Source: Hyphochytrium catenoides (taxonomy: Eukaryota; Protista; Hyphochytriomycota). From it: 42,492 bases of DNA. The first letter of the stretch is position 1, and the number at the start of each line of letters is the position of its first letter. The DNA lies in NCBI GenBank assembly GCA_900088475.1, contig FLMG01001331.1, positions 1 through 42,492 on the forward strand. The letters are read 5' to 3'. The position numbers and the translations under genes are program-made. The notes under the pieces are model-generated. The model was not told the DNA's origin. It made no database searches and saw nothing but the letters and a program-made list of their open reading frames with translations. Shown piece by piece: positions 12,681 to 23,632 of this stretch.

Positions 12681-13012
12681 GATCCGCACTGGAAACTCCT
12701 AAACATCACTAGCAACTTCTAGAAGTTAGACCTTCACCCCATCATTGATGGTTAATTCATGGTGAACTTTATAGTTGCCAGATATGGAGATAAATGGGCA
12801 ACGCTGAATACTCGCTGCACTTTTAAGAGCTGTGGATTGAGTTATTTCCCACAGGGAAGCTAGCAGGGAAGCTAGTGGCGAAAGCCCTAACAGTAGGCAA
12901 GCTTGGACGCTTCAGAGGCCAACGAGGTAATGGGATTTAGGTATTGAAGTCGGAAGCAACAGAATTGGGATGAGCGGCAGGATAAGAAGGCGACAGAAGC
13001 TTCTCAACAGAG

Positions 13013-15199
13013 CTAGAGCTCCATTTCCACGCCCATAGCCTTTGCGACCTGAATCATATCCTTGTCCCCTCTACCACTCAGAAGAATAAGAACGTCCTTA
13101 TCTTTGCCCAACTTCTTTGCCAGCTCTTGAACGAAGTAGATCGCATGGGCGGGTTCCAAAGCAGGAATGATGCCCTCAGTCCGAGACAAGAGCTGTGAAG
13201 TGATTGAAAAGCAATAAGCAAATCGGAGGTAAGAAGACAAGCCCAGAACTCGCAGTATCAGCCATTCCACTGCTTCATAAACGGTCCGGGAGACTATAGA
13301 ATAGAGTAATAACAGACGAGAACGGTGACCAATGTCGCGCTGTCTTACCTTGAAGCCTTCCAGAGCTTCACTGTCCGTCACGCTAACATAAGTGGCACGA
13401 CCACTTTCCTTCAAAAATGCGTGCTCAGGGCCCACACCTGGATAGTCCAGGCCGGCAGAAATACTATTAAGAGAGGAGCAAGTGGTCAGATGCAGAGCCC
13501 AAAGGCAAGAGGTAGTCACGACCTGGGTGGCGCAAGAGAGCTCGGAAGTTGCGTGACTAGCAATCAGGTAGTGACGGCAATCTAGCCTAGACAGTAAAGG
13601 CTCCAACCTCTCTTGGCCCATTAATACCTGTGAGTCTCCGTAATCTGTCCATGTGCATCTTGCATGAGGTAAGTGCGTGTCCCGTGCAGCACCCCGGGAG
13701 TCCCAGCGAACAGAGTAGACGAGTGCTTATTTGTATCTACGCCCTCTCCCCCAGCTTCCACGCCATACATTTCAACCTGTAAGCGAGAACGAGGAATGAG
13801 ACAACTGCTAGTCCATAAGGAAGAGCGATTACGAGGAGGGGTTAGAAGCCGCGTGATTTCGCAGCAAGCTTTACCTCGCTGTCGCCCGTAAATGGGTGGA
13901 AGAGGCCAATCGCATTGCTTCCGCCCCCTACACATGCCACTACCGCATCTGGCAGCTTCTTGGCCTGTTGAAGCATCTACAGCGCAGAACCCAAATGGTG
14001 TCAACTGTCTCACGCTCAACCGACTGTAGATCTACGATGGATACCTGGGCTCTGGCTTCTTTGCCAATAACAGCCTGAAAGTCTCTTACAATGGTAGGGA
14101 AAGGATGCGGCCCAATGGCACTGCCGATGATGTAGTGAGTTGTCCGGACATTCGTCACCCAGTCACGCAGTGCCTCGTTGATCGCATCCTAAGATGGGCG
14201 TGGAGGCCAGGATGACAAGTGTAAGTAAGACCGGGAATGATAAGACAATAAACAGGAAATGGCCGCCAGGACTCCCTGTCTCACACCTTACAACCTATCC
14301 AAGCTTACCTTCAGCGTTTGGCTTCCTGATTTGACAGGGACCACAGTCGCACCGAGCATTCTCATGCGAAAGACATTCAGTGCTTGACGTTGAGTGTCCT
14401 CGTACCCCATGTACACAGTGCAGTCCAGGTCTAGAAGAGCACATGCCGTCGCCGTAGCCACTCCATGCTATCGCCAGAGAGTCTGTCAGTGCTTTCATCG
14501 TCTACGTGCACCTGGCACTTTTATTTACCTGTCCAGCGCCTGTCTCCGCGATAATTCGTCTCTTTCCTAGTCTTTTAGCTAAGAGGGCCTGCAGTCAACA
14601 AGCAGTTGCAAGAGAGATTAAGTCATAGAGAACAACGGCATTATGATGCAGTTCCAGAATATGGCAGCCTACCTGTCCAACCGCATTGTTAATCTTGTGA
14701 GCACCTGTGTGCGCCAAGTCTTCTCTCTTGATCCATATACGGGCCCCTCCTACTTCATCTGTAAGTCTCTTAGCGAAGTATAGTGGAGTCGGCCGCCCAA
14801 TGTAGTCGCGCCCAAGCTTCTCTAGTTCCTCTCTGAAGGTAGGATCCTGCGTAGCCTTCACATATTCCTGGAAGCAGTACCGAAACGTAGCATTACGCAA
14901 TGAAGGGCTAACGAGGATCGTGCTTTCACCGTGCAAGAACTGCACTGTTTAGAGGACGGATACTTTGATGGAGCCAGGCAACCTGCGTCACAGATGATGC
15001 CCAAGAACAAAAAGAGCAAGCGTTCGCTGCTGTGACGGTTTACCTTCTCTAGCTGCTCATGCGCCAGCACTAAGGTTTCCGGGATGTATCGACCGCCGAA
15101 CTGTCCGAAATGGCTAGCGAGCTCTTCAACAGAGTCATAGATCGGAGGTGCATTGGAGACTTCCAGAATAGGCTCGCTGCGCTTGATGCTCTTTGACAT
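13013..15199 (-). CDS. trpB: Tryptophan synthase beta chain (stand-alone), 9 exons
   Basis: Spliced protein carries all hallmark motifs: [41 protein letters not shown] (PLP Lys), [86 protein letters not shown]. Eight GT-AG introns; TAG stop at 13013. Confidence 0.96.
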
Positions 15200-15200
15200 T

Positions 15201-15438
15201 CTACTTCCAAGAGAGTCAGCGAGTTCACTATGTTAGCAGATATAACGTTCTTCCAATAGCACCAACAGTCGATCGTGGTCTGCTGTCGCGTGGTGGCGAG
15301 GCGATAATGAGAAGCAAGGTCTACTCCATCCAGCAGCCCAGTAGACAGTGTGATGATGCGGCTCTGTGAGCGGGACTGGGAACAGAGAGAGGAGAAGGGA
15401 CGGACGAACAGGAGATTCTTGTGAGCTTCGTTACGTAC
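15201..15438 (-). other. Possible 5'-UTR intron of trpB
   Basis: Donor TT|GTACGT at 15438, branch-like GCTGAC at ~15220, acceptor GTAG one base before the ATG. The upstream exon has an in-frame stop and no ATG after it. Confidence 0.4.
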
Positions 15439-15933
15439 AAAGATCGATTGTAGGCAGCAAATTTCTTGAAGTCCCTTTCTTGTCAGCGCAACCTGATCAG
15501 AGATGACCCGGGTATCCGAGACCCGAGACCCGAGTCAGCCTAACAATGACATCACAGTGAGACACCACCCTTGGGACCCGAGCTCCAACCCATCATACGA
15601 CCTAAGAAACCCATGTGACATCACCCCGCTTGCTTCTGATGGGAGTCGTGCTGCCAACCGCAAGAATGAGACAAGGAGCGCAAGGAAGCACCAAGGCTCC
15701 TTGCTTGCTCTCAATCAGTAATGGACCAGTAGCAGACATGGGACAGAAGTCGCGTGAATGGGATCATCCATAAACGATCGTAGGAGATCTCCCGTCGTGG
15801 CCGTAGGTGAACCGTGTTCCTCATGCCTCTGCTATCTGTCCCACGTCCAGATTGCTGCTGCTCCATCCCAGCTTGGTCGAGAAGAGCATACAAGTTATTC
15901 TTCTAACGCGCACACAAGCAGCTTTTCTTCCAG

Positions 15934-16126
15934 ATGATCGACGACGTTAAGAGAGGATGGAAGAAGGCAGGCGCCCTCTTGCATCCGTACGACTGAGAGC
16001 TAAGCTACGAATAGAAGGTCGAAGCTAATAACGGTAGGTTCATCGCACACAGTGTTCGAGATAAGCAAATGCTTGCCAAGGAGCTTATTATAGCAGACAT
16101 CAACTTGCGACGCCCTAGTTTGCTAC
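15934..16126 (+). pseudogene. Decayed exon of an unknown gene
   Basis: CTAAC..TTCCAG acceptor and C|GTATGT donor flank one protein-like frame, MIDDVKRGWKKAGALLHPYD*ELSYE*KVEANNGRFIAHSVRDKQMLAKELIIADINLRRPSLL, with two internal stops. Confidence 0.3.
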
Positions 16127-16558
16127 GTATGTTATGGTCTATAGAATGGAGCCAACGCCGCTCTGAAGCGGGTTCTTTGCAGGAAGGACGCCAGTGCGGA
16201 GTGTGCAATACTGTCTGAGGCTCACAGTCACCACAAGACAACATTCACGGCCTTGTCCCCTGTCCAGAATTTAGCGTCCTCGCCTTCTTGCCATGCCTTC
16301 GCCGCCTACTATACTAAGCAGCCCTGCCCTGTGCATACACTAGAGCACCTCCTTAGAGTACGAGGAGCCTGAGCTAGTCTATAGCCTGCCTGTGTCCCAC
16401 CATTCTGACCGACGTTCACAAGGGCGAAAGCTTGTATTTATTAACCAAGAAGACGTCCATCACAGAGGAAGGTTGAGCCCCGGGGGCTCCAGCTGTTGCT
16501 CTAGCTCTCACACTAACATAGTGGTGTGGCCTCTTAAGTTGTTAGTCATCACTTCAGA

Positions 16559-19174
16559 TCATGAGGTCCGACGGGGACGGTGGCTGGTGGGCACCTCATA
16601 AGAGACCGAAGCAGTCAGAAAATATAGCTGCCTGGCGTTCTCCTCTCGAGACCGCTGTAAACCCGTATCATTGGCTTCATCCATTCCTTGAGAAGGTGCG
16701 GAGGAAGAGGAAGAGGCGGCGACCTTTGATAGAGGGAGCGTTAGATTATAGCCAGAGCATTTGATGGCTAGATGGTAGAGGAGAGGGAGAGAGAAGACAA
16801 TGAGCGACATCTGTCGCGCCACTATGAAGCTGTCCGTGCTGAAATCTAAGATGTGGGACTCTTCTGTCCTCTCCAAGTGATCCTTTCTGGCCCCTCCGTC
16901 CTCCAGATACTTGGTGATGTGGAGTAGGTTCCGTGCCCGCAGATGGAGACTTCCATCTCTGAATATCAGATCATAGAGAAACCAGCACTTGGTGCACAAA
17001 AGAGGGAAGAGAATGGCAACGCCTAGAAAAGGCTTCGTTACTGCTGCAGTGCCGACAGAACTTCTATAATCCTTCTCTTTAGGCTGTCCGAGTTGCCGCG
17101 TCTCTCCAGCAAATGCTGACTTCGTCTCTGCTGCCTTTGCTGGCAATGATGGTATAATGGAGTCGCAGAAGAGGCACGCTGCATAGAGCAAACACCAAGC
17201 TAGTAGCGGGAGGCAGCGCTCATCATATCTAAAAGCGTCGCAAAGGGAGACAAATAGTGCTCCTGCTTGGCCGCAAAGGAACCAAAAGTCAAAAGAGGAG
17301 CCAAACACTAGCCGAAGGAGGTCGAAGTTAAAAGATCTGGCCATGTAGAGGAAGGAGAAGGCATTCCACACGAGACAACAAGCAGCGAATACCGGCGAGA
17401 GCCAAGAATATCCGGAAGTTGTGGTTGAACTCTCACTCGCATTGCCCAGGTAGAAGGCCACTGGGATGGTGCAGACGCCGGCTAACGTAAAGCTCTGGAC
17501 CGCAATGATTTTCCATTTCGTTAATGGCAGTTGGGAACCGCTCTCGCCTCTCCCTCTCGGTCTTTGCCGCTCTGTGTTTCCTTTTATGGTCGTTCCTCGC
17601 TTGAGCTTCCGCCCACGTCTTCTTCCTACAAGGAATGAGCACGATGCAAGAACTTTGTTTTGGATGTGTCTGAACAAGTCGGTGCCGTCGCTGTACACTT
17701 TAGCCTCCCAAGGCCCAGCAATTTGCATTGGGGCACGCAGATCTTGTTGTCCTTTGCCGCCTGGCTGTTGCTTATCTGGTGTCGCTTTCTCTGTTTTCTT
17801 TTCATCTTGCCGATCCTGCCCAAGCTGCTGGTCCAGCCTCTTGCCTTCTGCTTCCTTGTGCTGCTCCAAGAAAACGTGTTCCGCGATGAGGTTACCAGTC
17901 ACTGTCGCCACCGCCTTTACTTTGAGGCTGTTCCTGGGCTGCAGCACAAGAGGCCATTGTAGGTAAAAACAAGGAACGACTCTCATCCTCTTTTCTTTCC
18001 CAGTGGTAAGGGTGGTAGGATCAAGCGTACGAGAGATGTGTGGTTGAACTGGCTGAGTCTTCTTCCTTATCTTGCCCTGAATCTTGCCACTGTCCCTCCG
18101 CCATCTCGCTCGGAAGGACTGCAAGAGAAAAGGGAGAAGGGAGATAAGAATTGTCGCTGAGCAATTCACGATAACGTCTTCCCCTGTGAGCTGCCTGCTG
18201 CCAATGGCCCAACGCAACATCTTGCCCTCCTCAAAGACTTTCAGCACCATACTCACAGACAAAGAAACGTAGAGAACGATGGCAACAAAGTATGTGGCCA
18301 AGAAGCCAGTGCTGGGTCGTAGGCGGTAGTGATAAGCATCATAGAATGGGCCCCCAGTAACTGCTTGGAGAGCGCTTGAGAAAGCGAGAAGCGGTCCACG
18401 GACGCCGCCTAGGGTGATGCCAATAGTGCCCCACAGCATTAGCTCCAGCAGGCAGATGCTCCAGAATTGAGAGCTGCTGATAACGCGCTTCAATAGCGCG
18501 ATGTTGACTGATACCAAGGCTTGTACGATCCCAGGTAACGCCCCAATGGCAACGAAGGCGGAGAGCGCTAGTCCCCATCGTTCACCTGCTAGCAACGATG
18601 CACAGGTTGCTGCAAGTGCCGCATTATATGCCAGTAAAGAGAGACGGACAAGCCGTCGATAGCGAAGAAGGCCCTCAAAGTACCGCTGATGGCCTCGAGG
18701 GCCGAAGAGTCTGCTACAGATGGAGTCTCCAAAGTCCACGACCAGTGTCCCAGCAAGTTCTTCTTCCTTTGTCGACCAGAGCGGAACCATCACCCAGCAG
18801 GTTTCTTCAGCCTCCTCCTCTTGTCCAGCTGTTGAGGTTCCTGTTGCTTCTCTTTCTCTCACAGCGTCCTCTTCTGGCCGAAACGACTTACACATGCTCT
18901 GTGATGCATCAGACGCCATCCAACGGAGGAGAGGAGATGGTGACGGGGATTGGAGACTGACGCCAGGGCCAGCAATGGAGGATGAAGAAAGCCTGACCGC
19001 CGCACTGCTTTTAGGCTCAACCATTCCCGCGGGGACTGCAGAATGACGGAATGAAGAAGAGAGGCGCATCGTCTGTAGTTTGGACTCCTTGTCTTGCTCC
19101 TCGGCGGCATGGTTGTCCTCTCTCTCCTCAGGACTGGCTCTCTTCTTTTCGCTTCCTCTGTCGGGGGCCTTCAT
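16559..19174 (-). CDS. Uncharacterised ~12-TM membrane protein, array paralogue 1 (871 aa, intronless)
   Basis: Uninterrupted ORF with ~12 hydrophobic segments. Shares the family motifs PLWS, DF.SIC.LFG, GGP, LRW.LGSR.L.GED, WPL, SSFDFWFL.GQ, YDERC, WFLY, TDSFI.AR, LYFLT..VSY with the four other ORFs. Confidence 0.9.
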   Translation of the reverse strand: MKAPDRGSEKKRASPEEREDNHAAEEQDKESKLQTMRLSSSFRHSAVPAGMVEPKSSAAVRLSSSSIAGPGVSLQSPSPSPLLRWMASDASQSMCKSFRPEEDAVREREATGTSTAGQEEEAEETCWVMVPLWSTKEEELAGTLVVDFGDSICSRLFGPRGHQRYFEGLLRYRRLVRLSLLAYNAALAATCASLLAGERWGLALSAFVAIGALPGIVQALVSVNIALLKRVISSSQFWSICLLELMLWGTIGITLGGVRGPLLAFSSALQAVTGGPFYDAYHYRLRPSTGFLATYFVAIVLYVSLSVSMVLKVFEEGKMLRWAIGSRQLTGEDVIVNCSATILISLLPFLLQSFRARWRRDSGKIQGKIRKKTQPVQPHISRTLDPTTLTTGKEKRMRVVPCFYLQWPLVLQPRNSLKVKAVATVTGNLIAEHVFLEQHKEAEGKRLDQQLGQDRQDEKKTEKATPDKQQPGGKGQQDLRAPMQIAGPWEAKVYSDGTDLFRHIQNKVLASCSFLVGRRRGRKLKRGTTIKGNTERQRPRGRGESGSQLPLTKWKIIAVQSFTLAGVCTIPVAFYLGNASESSTTTSGYSWLSPVFAACCLVWNAFSFLYMARSFNFDLLRLVFGSSFDFWFLCGQAGALFVSLCDAFRYDERCLPLLAWCLLYAACLFCDSIIPSLPAKAAETKSAFAGETRQLGQPKEKDYRSSVGTAAVTKPFLGVAILFPLLCTKCWFLYDLIFRDGSLHLRARNLLHITKYLEDGGARKDHLERTEESHILDFSTDSFIVARQMSLIVFSLPLLYHLAIKCSGYNLTLPLSKVAASSSSSAPSQGMDEANDTGLQRSREENARQLYFLTASVSYEVPTSHRPRRTS

Positions 19175-19904
19175 TATATGCCGAGCCTGCCGCCCTCCTC
19201 ATCCAGTAATGCCTTCATGCCTCTTCATCCTACTCTTTCTCCTGCTGCTGCACTAGAGCGACTCTCGTTTAAGACGAGCAGGCGAGTGAAGATCTCAACA
19301 ATGAAGTTAGAGCTGCAGAGGATTCTCTGCGGAAAATGTCATGACCTTCGACGCTGCTGGCGCAGAACGAGGAGAGAGAGAGATAGAAGTCAAGGAGCTT
19401 GAGATGGTCCTATCTCCAATCAGCGACGAGGAGGAGCTCTGCTGGGTTATATGAGCCGTTGTTAGCGTAGGATAAAATGAAAGAAAAGGAAGAACTAGTC
19501 CTCGTAACGGAGGATTTGAATGTGCGTCGCAGGAAGCTAGGGATAATAAGGCATGACGACTGTCACTCCTCGATATCCCGCCTGCTGCTGCACTTTCAGT
19601 TACTTCCTCACGAGATCAGGACTTCTACATGGATCCTTCCAAGTCCCGCACGCTGTTCACGATTCTCCTCACTCTACTGTTTGTCCGCTTTTAGATATCA
19701 CAACGTGTAGCTCCCAGCGTGCTCCAGATGATCCTCCGGTCGGTCTCTAGCTTTTTTTCAGATAACCTCTCCCCAAGTCTCTCCTCTCTTGACACTGATA
19801 TGCCAGGATCACTTGCAACAAGGGCGTCTACAGCTCGCTAGGGCCGTTCATCATCTACTAACTCTGTCCTCTTCTAACTCCCACTTGGTCTTACACCTAC
19901 TTTA

Positions 19905-20200
19905 AGTGACCTTCTTCTCGTCTTTTTCTCTCACTCCTGAGCTCCCTTCGCCTCCTTCCTGTTGCCCCTGTTCCTCTCTCTGTTCCTCTCTCTCTGTTCC
20001 TCTCCTCTTTCCCTGTCTCTGTCTGTTTGCTTCTCTCTCCTCTCTCTCTCTGTCTCTCTCTCTTTGGCTTCCTTGGCTGCTCATGTGCTCCTGGGCTTAC
20101 CTGGAGAGCGATTGGTCTCTCTCTTTGTGCTGGCTTCGCTCTCTCATCTTCGCGCTCTGTCTCGATCTCTAGCCAGGATCAAACAGTCTCTTTGCCTTTT
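19905..20200. repeat. CT/GA-rich low-complexity tract (imperfect microsatellite); a (GCT)6 run lies nearby at ~20358
   Basis: Directly visible runs such as CTCTCTCTGTTCCTCTCTCTCTGTTCCTCT and TCTCTCTCTCTGTCTCTCTCTC. Confidence 0.85.
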
Positions 20201-21220
20201 GAGATGGGGAGAGCGACTGAGGACACCTAACTTAGTCCAGTGATTGTGTAACGGCCTGGGACTCAAAAATCTTAGGTCAAAAAGCCCTCGAGATAATAAC
20301 AGTGTTTGTTCGTCTTGAGAGTGGTCTTGAGGACTTTAGGACTTTGGTTCTCTCAGAGCTGCTGCTGCTGCTGCTGCCAGAACTCTCTCCCTTCTTCGGG
20401 CTCAAGGTCCCTCTCCACACTTCTTATGCCCCTGCTGAGAGCTCGTTCCAGCCTCTCCCTCTGCTCGTCCGTCTTCTCACTTCTTCTGTTACGGGCCCTT
20501 CCACATCAGAAGCTTACTTCTCTTCTTTGTAGGTTGTTGATGGGTCTTAATCATTGACTACGAACCTTCGCTGACTCTCCAGCCAGCTGCTTGGTCAGCG
20601 CTAGACCTCAGCGACTCTAGAGATGATCGCTCGCGAGGTCGGACTGAATCAGGAAGAAGTAATAACCGTTCTGAGGTCTAGATGATCCTCCTTCCTTCAC
20701 TAGGAACAGCTTTCATAAGCGTCCTCTTTTGCGGCGCTGAATGTACCTTCTCCAGCCGTCGCCTGTCTCTCTGTTCGAATGCGTTCGCTACTGTTCAAAC
20801 AATAATAGACAGGGGTCAAGTCCCTCAGCGGAGAAGGGCATTGGAGGTCGCGAGCGGAGGTCACCTCTTCTTGTTCTAAACCTTGATAGTTATAGCTAAA
20901 AACGAGCTCTTTGTTTCTGCCGCTTTCTCCTTCGACCTATATAAAAGCGACAACATCACTGCCTGCAAGGGAATAGCAAAGGCCAGACCTTGAGAAGAAG
21001 ACTTCTTATGTCGTCCTATGGCCTCGAGCAAGGAGGAATAACCTTCCCGCGGCTTCTTTTAACGCATAAACAAGGTCCTTCTTGGCACTACATTAGGCAG
21101 TATCTACCTTTGGCTGCTGTTTATTTGGAGGGAGTAAGAACTCTAACAGCAGAGAGGCTTCACTTAGCAACCCTGAACTGTCGTCGTTACCTCGCCCTCC
21201 AGTATAGGGGCTACCCTTCT

Positions 21221-23632
21221 TCATGTGTCCAGTCTCACAGGCACCTCATAAGTCACCGAGCCAGTAAGAAAGTAGAGTGTAGTACCTTCACATGCCGTCG
21301 TTAGAGAAGCAACAGTAGCACCGCCGCCAGAAGTTCTTCTGCTCTTGGTTGACAAAGAGGAGCGACCGGAAACGCTGTCTGAAGCAGCCCGCTTTCCTAC
21401 TTTCCTCCCGCGACTAGAAGATGAGAAAGCTGCGAGATGAAGGATAAGAGGAAGAGAAAACACGATGATGGAAGTCACCCTGGCGATGATGAAGCTATCG
21501 GTGCTAAACTCCAAAGTGTCTGCCCCTGTAAAGGCCTCCTCCCCAGTGATAGTATCCGGAAGATTCTTCCTGTCGACCCCAAGCTCCAGTGTCTTGGTGA
21601 TTCTTACAAGGGTTCGGAAACGCAGCTGCATGGTCCCACCGCCATAGAAGAGATTGTAAAGGAACCAGCATTGCGTTCCGATCAGAGGAACCAGTATCCA
21701 CATGCCCATAAACTGCTTTGTGATAACAGGAGGACGGGACTGTCCCTTCTTGCTGTCCAAAGCATCTTCGCAAACTGGAAGCATAAGGTCACTGAAGAGA
21801 CAACTAAGGTAGAGAAAGCTCCAGGCGAGCACCACCAGGCAGCGGTAATCATACTCAAGCGCATCTGAGAGTGAGATGCCGCCCGCCAGCGTCTGGCCAA
21901 GAAGAAACCAGAGATCAAACGACGACTTCATAGCTAGCCGAAGAAGATGGAGGTTCCAAAGGCGGGAGAGGTAGAGAAAACAAGCGATGCTCCATAAAAA
22001 GGCAACGATAGAAAGCAATCGTAAAAGCCAAGGAGCTAGTTGAGGTGCAGAAGTGCCTTTCTCTTGTTCTCTGATAGAAAGGTAAAGCACTAGATTGATC
22101 AGGCCAAGTCCAGTGAGAAGAAAGCAACGTGCTGCAAGTTGGAGAATGATAGGAGGACATAAAAAGGCTACCCTGTCATTCACCGACTCGTCCACTCCCT
22201 TGTTGGCCTCTACCACTGTCTTCTCGGTGCCGTCGCTCTTTTCGATCTGCTCCGCCGGGTGCGGGGCAGTTACAGAGTGCTTTCTTCTTCTAGAGCAGGC
22301 GGTTCTTAGGAGGCAGGAAGAACAGCTTTTTATTAGCCGATGACATTGATGCAACGCCGGCAGCGATCTGAACAAACTGCTTGTTACGCCTTCTTCAGTC
22401 TTGAGCAGGAATGACGGTCCGGGAAGCGCAATATGTAGAGAGACTAGACCGTTGAATGGTTTGCACTCTGTCCATGCTTCGGGACTTTCTGATGATGGAC
22501 CAGTTTGAGCGCAAGGTTTTTGTGGCTCTTGACCCTTTCCTATGGGATATATCACTAAGGGCCATTGTACCTCAGTGCAGGGGATGCGCCTTGTTCGCCG
22601 CAGAGATATTGTACCGCCTTCTCCTCCTTTATCGCTTTCTCCTCCTTTATCGTTTGTGATAGATCCAGAACTTCTGGGCCAGGTTGCCTTTACAGAGCTT
22701 CCTAGTCGGCGCAAACGAGTACGTGCGCTCTGGATGAGATGGAAGGAGAAGTAGACGACAAGAGTGGCGGCCGAGTGGATGACAACGTCTTCGCCACTTA
22801 GATATCGGGAACCAAGCGCCCATCTCAAGACTTTGCCCCCATGAAAAACTTTGAATGCCACACTTCCTGCTAGGATGCAATATACGACGAGACCAAACAA
22901 GAAAGAGAAGACGGCACTGCCACTGGACCGGAACCGATAATGCCAGCTATTATTCATGGGACCCCCGACGGTACCTGTCAGCGCGGTGCCAGCTGATAGA
23001 CAGATGCCCCGCGTACCCCCAAGAATCACTCCCACAGTTGCCCACAAGCCGACAGTCAGTGCCATCAGCGTCCAAAACGACGGGTTCCTTGCTGATTTAC
23101 CTAGTAAGGTTGGGTTAAGGCCTAAGATGAGCTGCAGGTTTCCTGGCAAAGCCCCAAGCACTGAGAAGATAGATAGGGGAGTTCCAATACTCTCTCCGAG
23201 GAGGAGAGCCAAACAGATTGCTAGGAGTGAGAGGTTGTAACACAAGCGCGTAAGTCTTGCAAGACCCTTCCTTCTTCTGAAGAGCTCAAGAAACGCATCG
23301 TGAGCACGCCGACCAAAAAGCAAGCCGCATATGGATGTGTTGAAGTCTATGATGACCGTCTGGAGCTGTTCCTCTTCATCCGTGGACCACAAAGGAGCCA
23401 GACACCATCTCATCTGTCTCATTTCAACATGCCCGACGTTACGGGCACAGGCAGTATCCAAAGGTCCCTTTGTGGCGTTTGACCCTCTCCTGCTTCCAGT
23501 GGTTGCCTCCTCCGCGTTTGGCAAGCTTCCATTGCAACTTAATGCATGCTTCCCACGATCACCTTTTGCCAATGGGTGCATATCTGCCGATCGCTCATCC
23601 TCCTTTAGCAGACTTTTCGTGACTGTCTGCAT
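21221..23632 (-). CDS. Uncharacterised ~12-TM membrane protein, array paralogue 2 (803 aa, intronless)
   Basis: Uninterrupted ORF with the same motif series (APLWSTDEEE, DFNTSICGLLFG, GSRYLSGED, SSFDLWFLLGQ, YDYRC, STDSFIIARVTS, LYFLTGSVTYEV). Confidence 0.9.
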   Translation of the reverse strand: MQTVTKSLLKEDERSADMHPLAKGDRGKHALSCNGSLPNAEEATTGSRRGSNATKGPLDTACARNVGHVEMRQMRWCLAPLWSTDEEEQLQTVIIDFNTSICGLLFGRRAHDAFLELFRRRKGLARLTRLCYNLSLLAICLALLLGESIGTPLSIFSVLGALPGNLQLILGLNPTLLGKSARNPSFWTLMALTVGLWATVGVILGGTRGICLSAGTALTGTVGGPMNNSWHYRFRSSGSAVFSFLFGLVVYCILAGSVAFKVFHGGKVLRWALGSRYLSGEDVVIHSAATLVVYFSFHLIQSARTRLRRLGSSVKATWPRSSGSITNDKGGESDKGGEGGTISLRRTRRIPCTEVQWPLVIYPIGKGQEPQKPCAQTGPSSESPEAWTECKPFNGLVSLHIALPGPSFLLKTEEGVTSSLFRSLPALHQCHRLIKSCSSCLLRTACSRRRKHSVTAPHPAEQIEKSDGTEKTVVEANKGVDESVNDRVAFLCPPIILQLAARCFLLTGLGLINLVLYLSIREQEKGTSAPQLAPWLLRLLSIVAFLWSIACFLYLSRLWNLHLLRLAMKSSFDLWFLLGQTLAGGISLSDALEYDYRCLVVLAWSFLYLSCLFSDLMLPVCEDALDSKKGQSRPPVITKQFMGMWILVPLIGTQCWFLYNLFYGGGTMQLRFRTLVRITKTLELGVDRKNLPDTITGEEAFTGADTLEFSTDSFIIARVTSIIVFSLPLILHLAAFSSSSRGRKVGKRAASDSVSGRSSLSTKSRRTSGGGATVASLTTACEGTTLYFLTGSVTYEVPVRLDT

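Noticed and set aside
15440-16558. Tryptophan synthase alpha exons upstream of trpB
   Set aside because: No alpha motifs were seen on the minus strand, and the space is tight for an intron-rich alpha domain.
19902-20243. Ser/Leu/Cys-rich or Arg/Glu-rich ORFs as real proteins
   Set aside because: Explained by translation of the CT/GA low-complexity tract.
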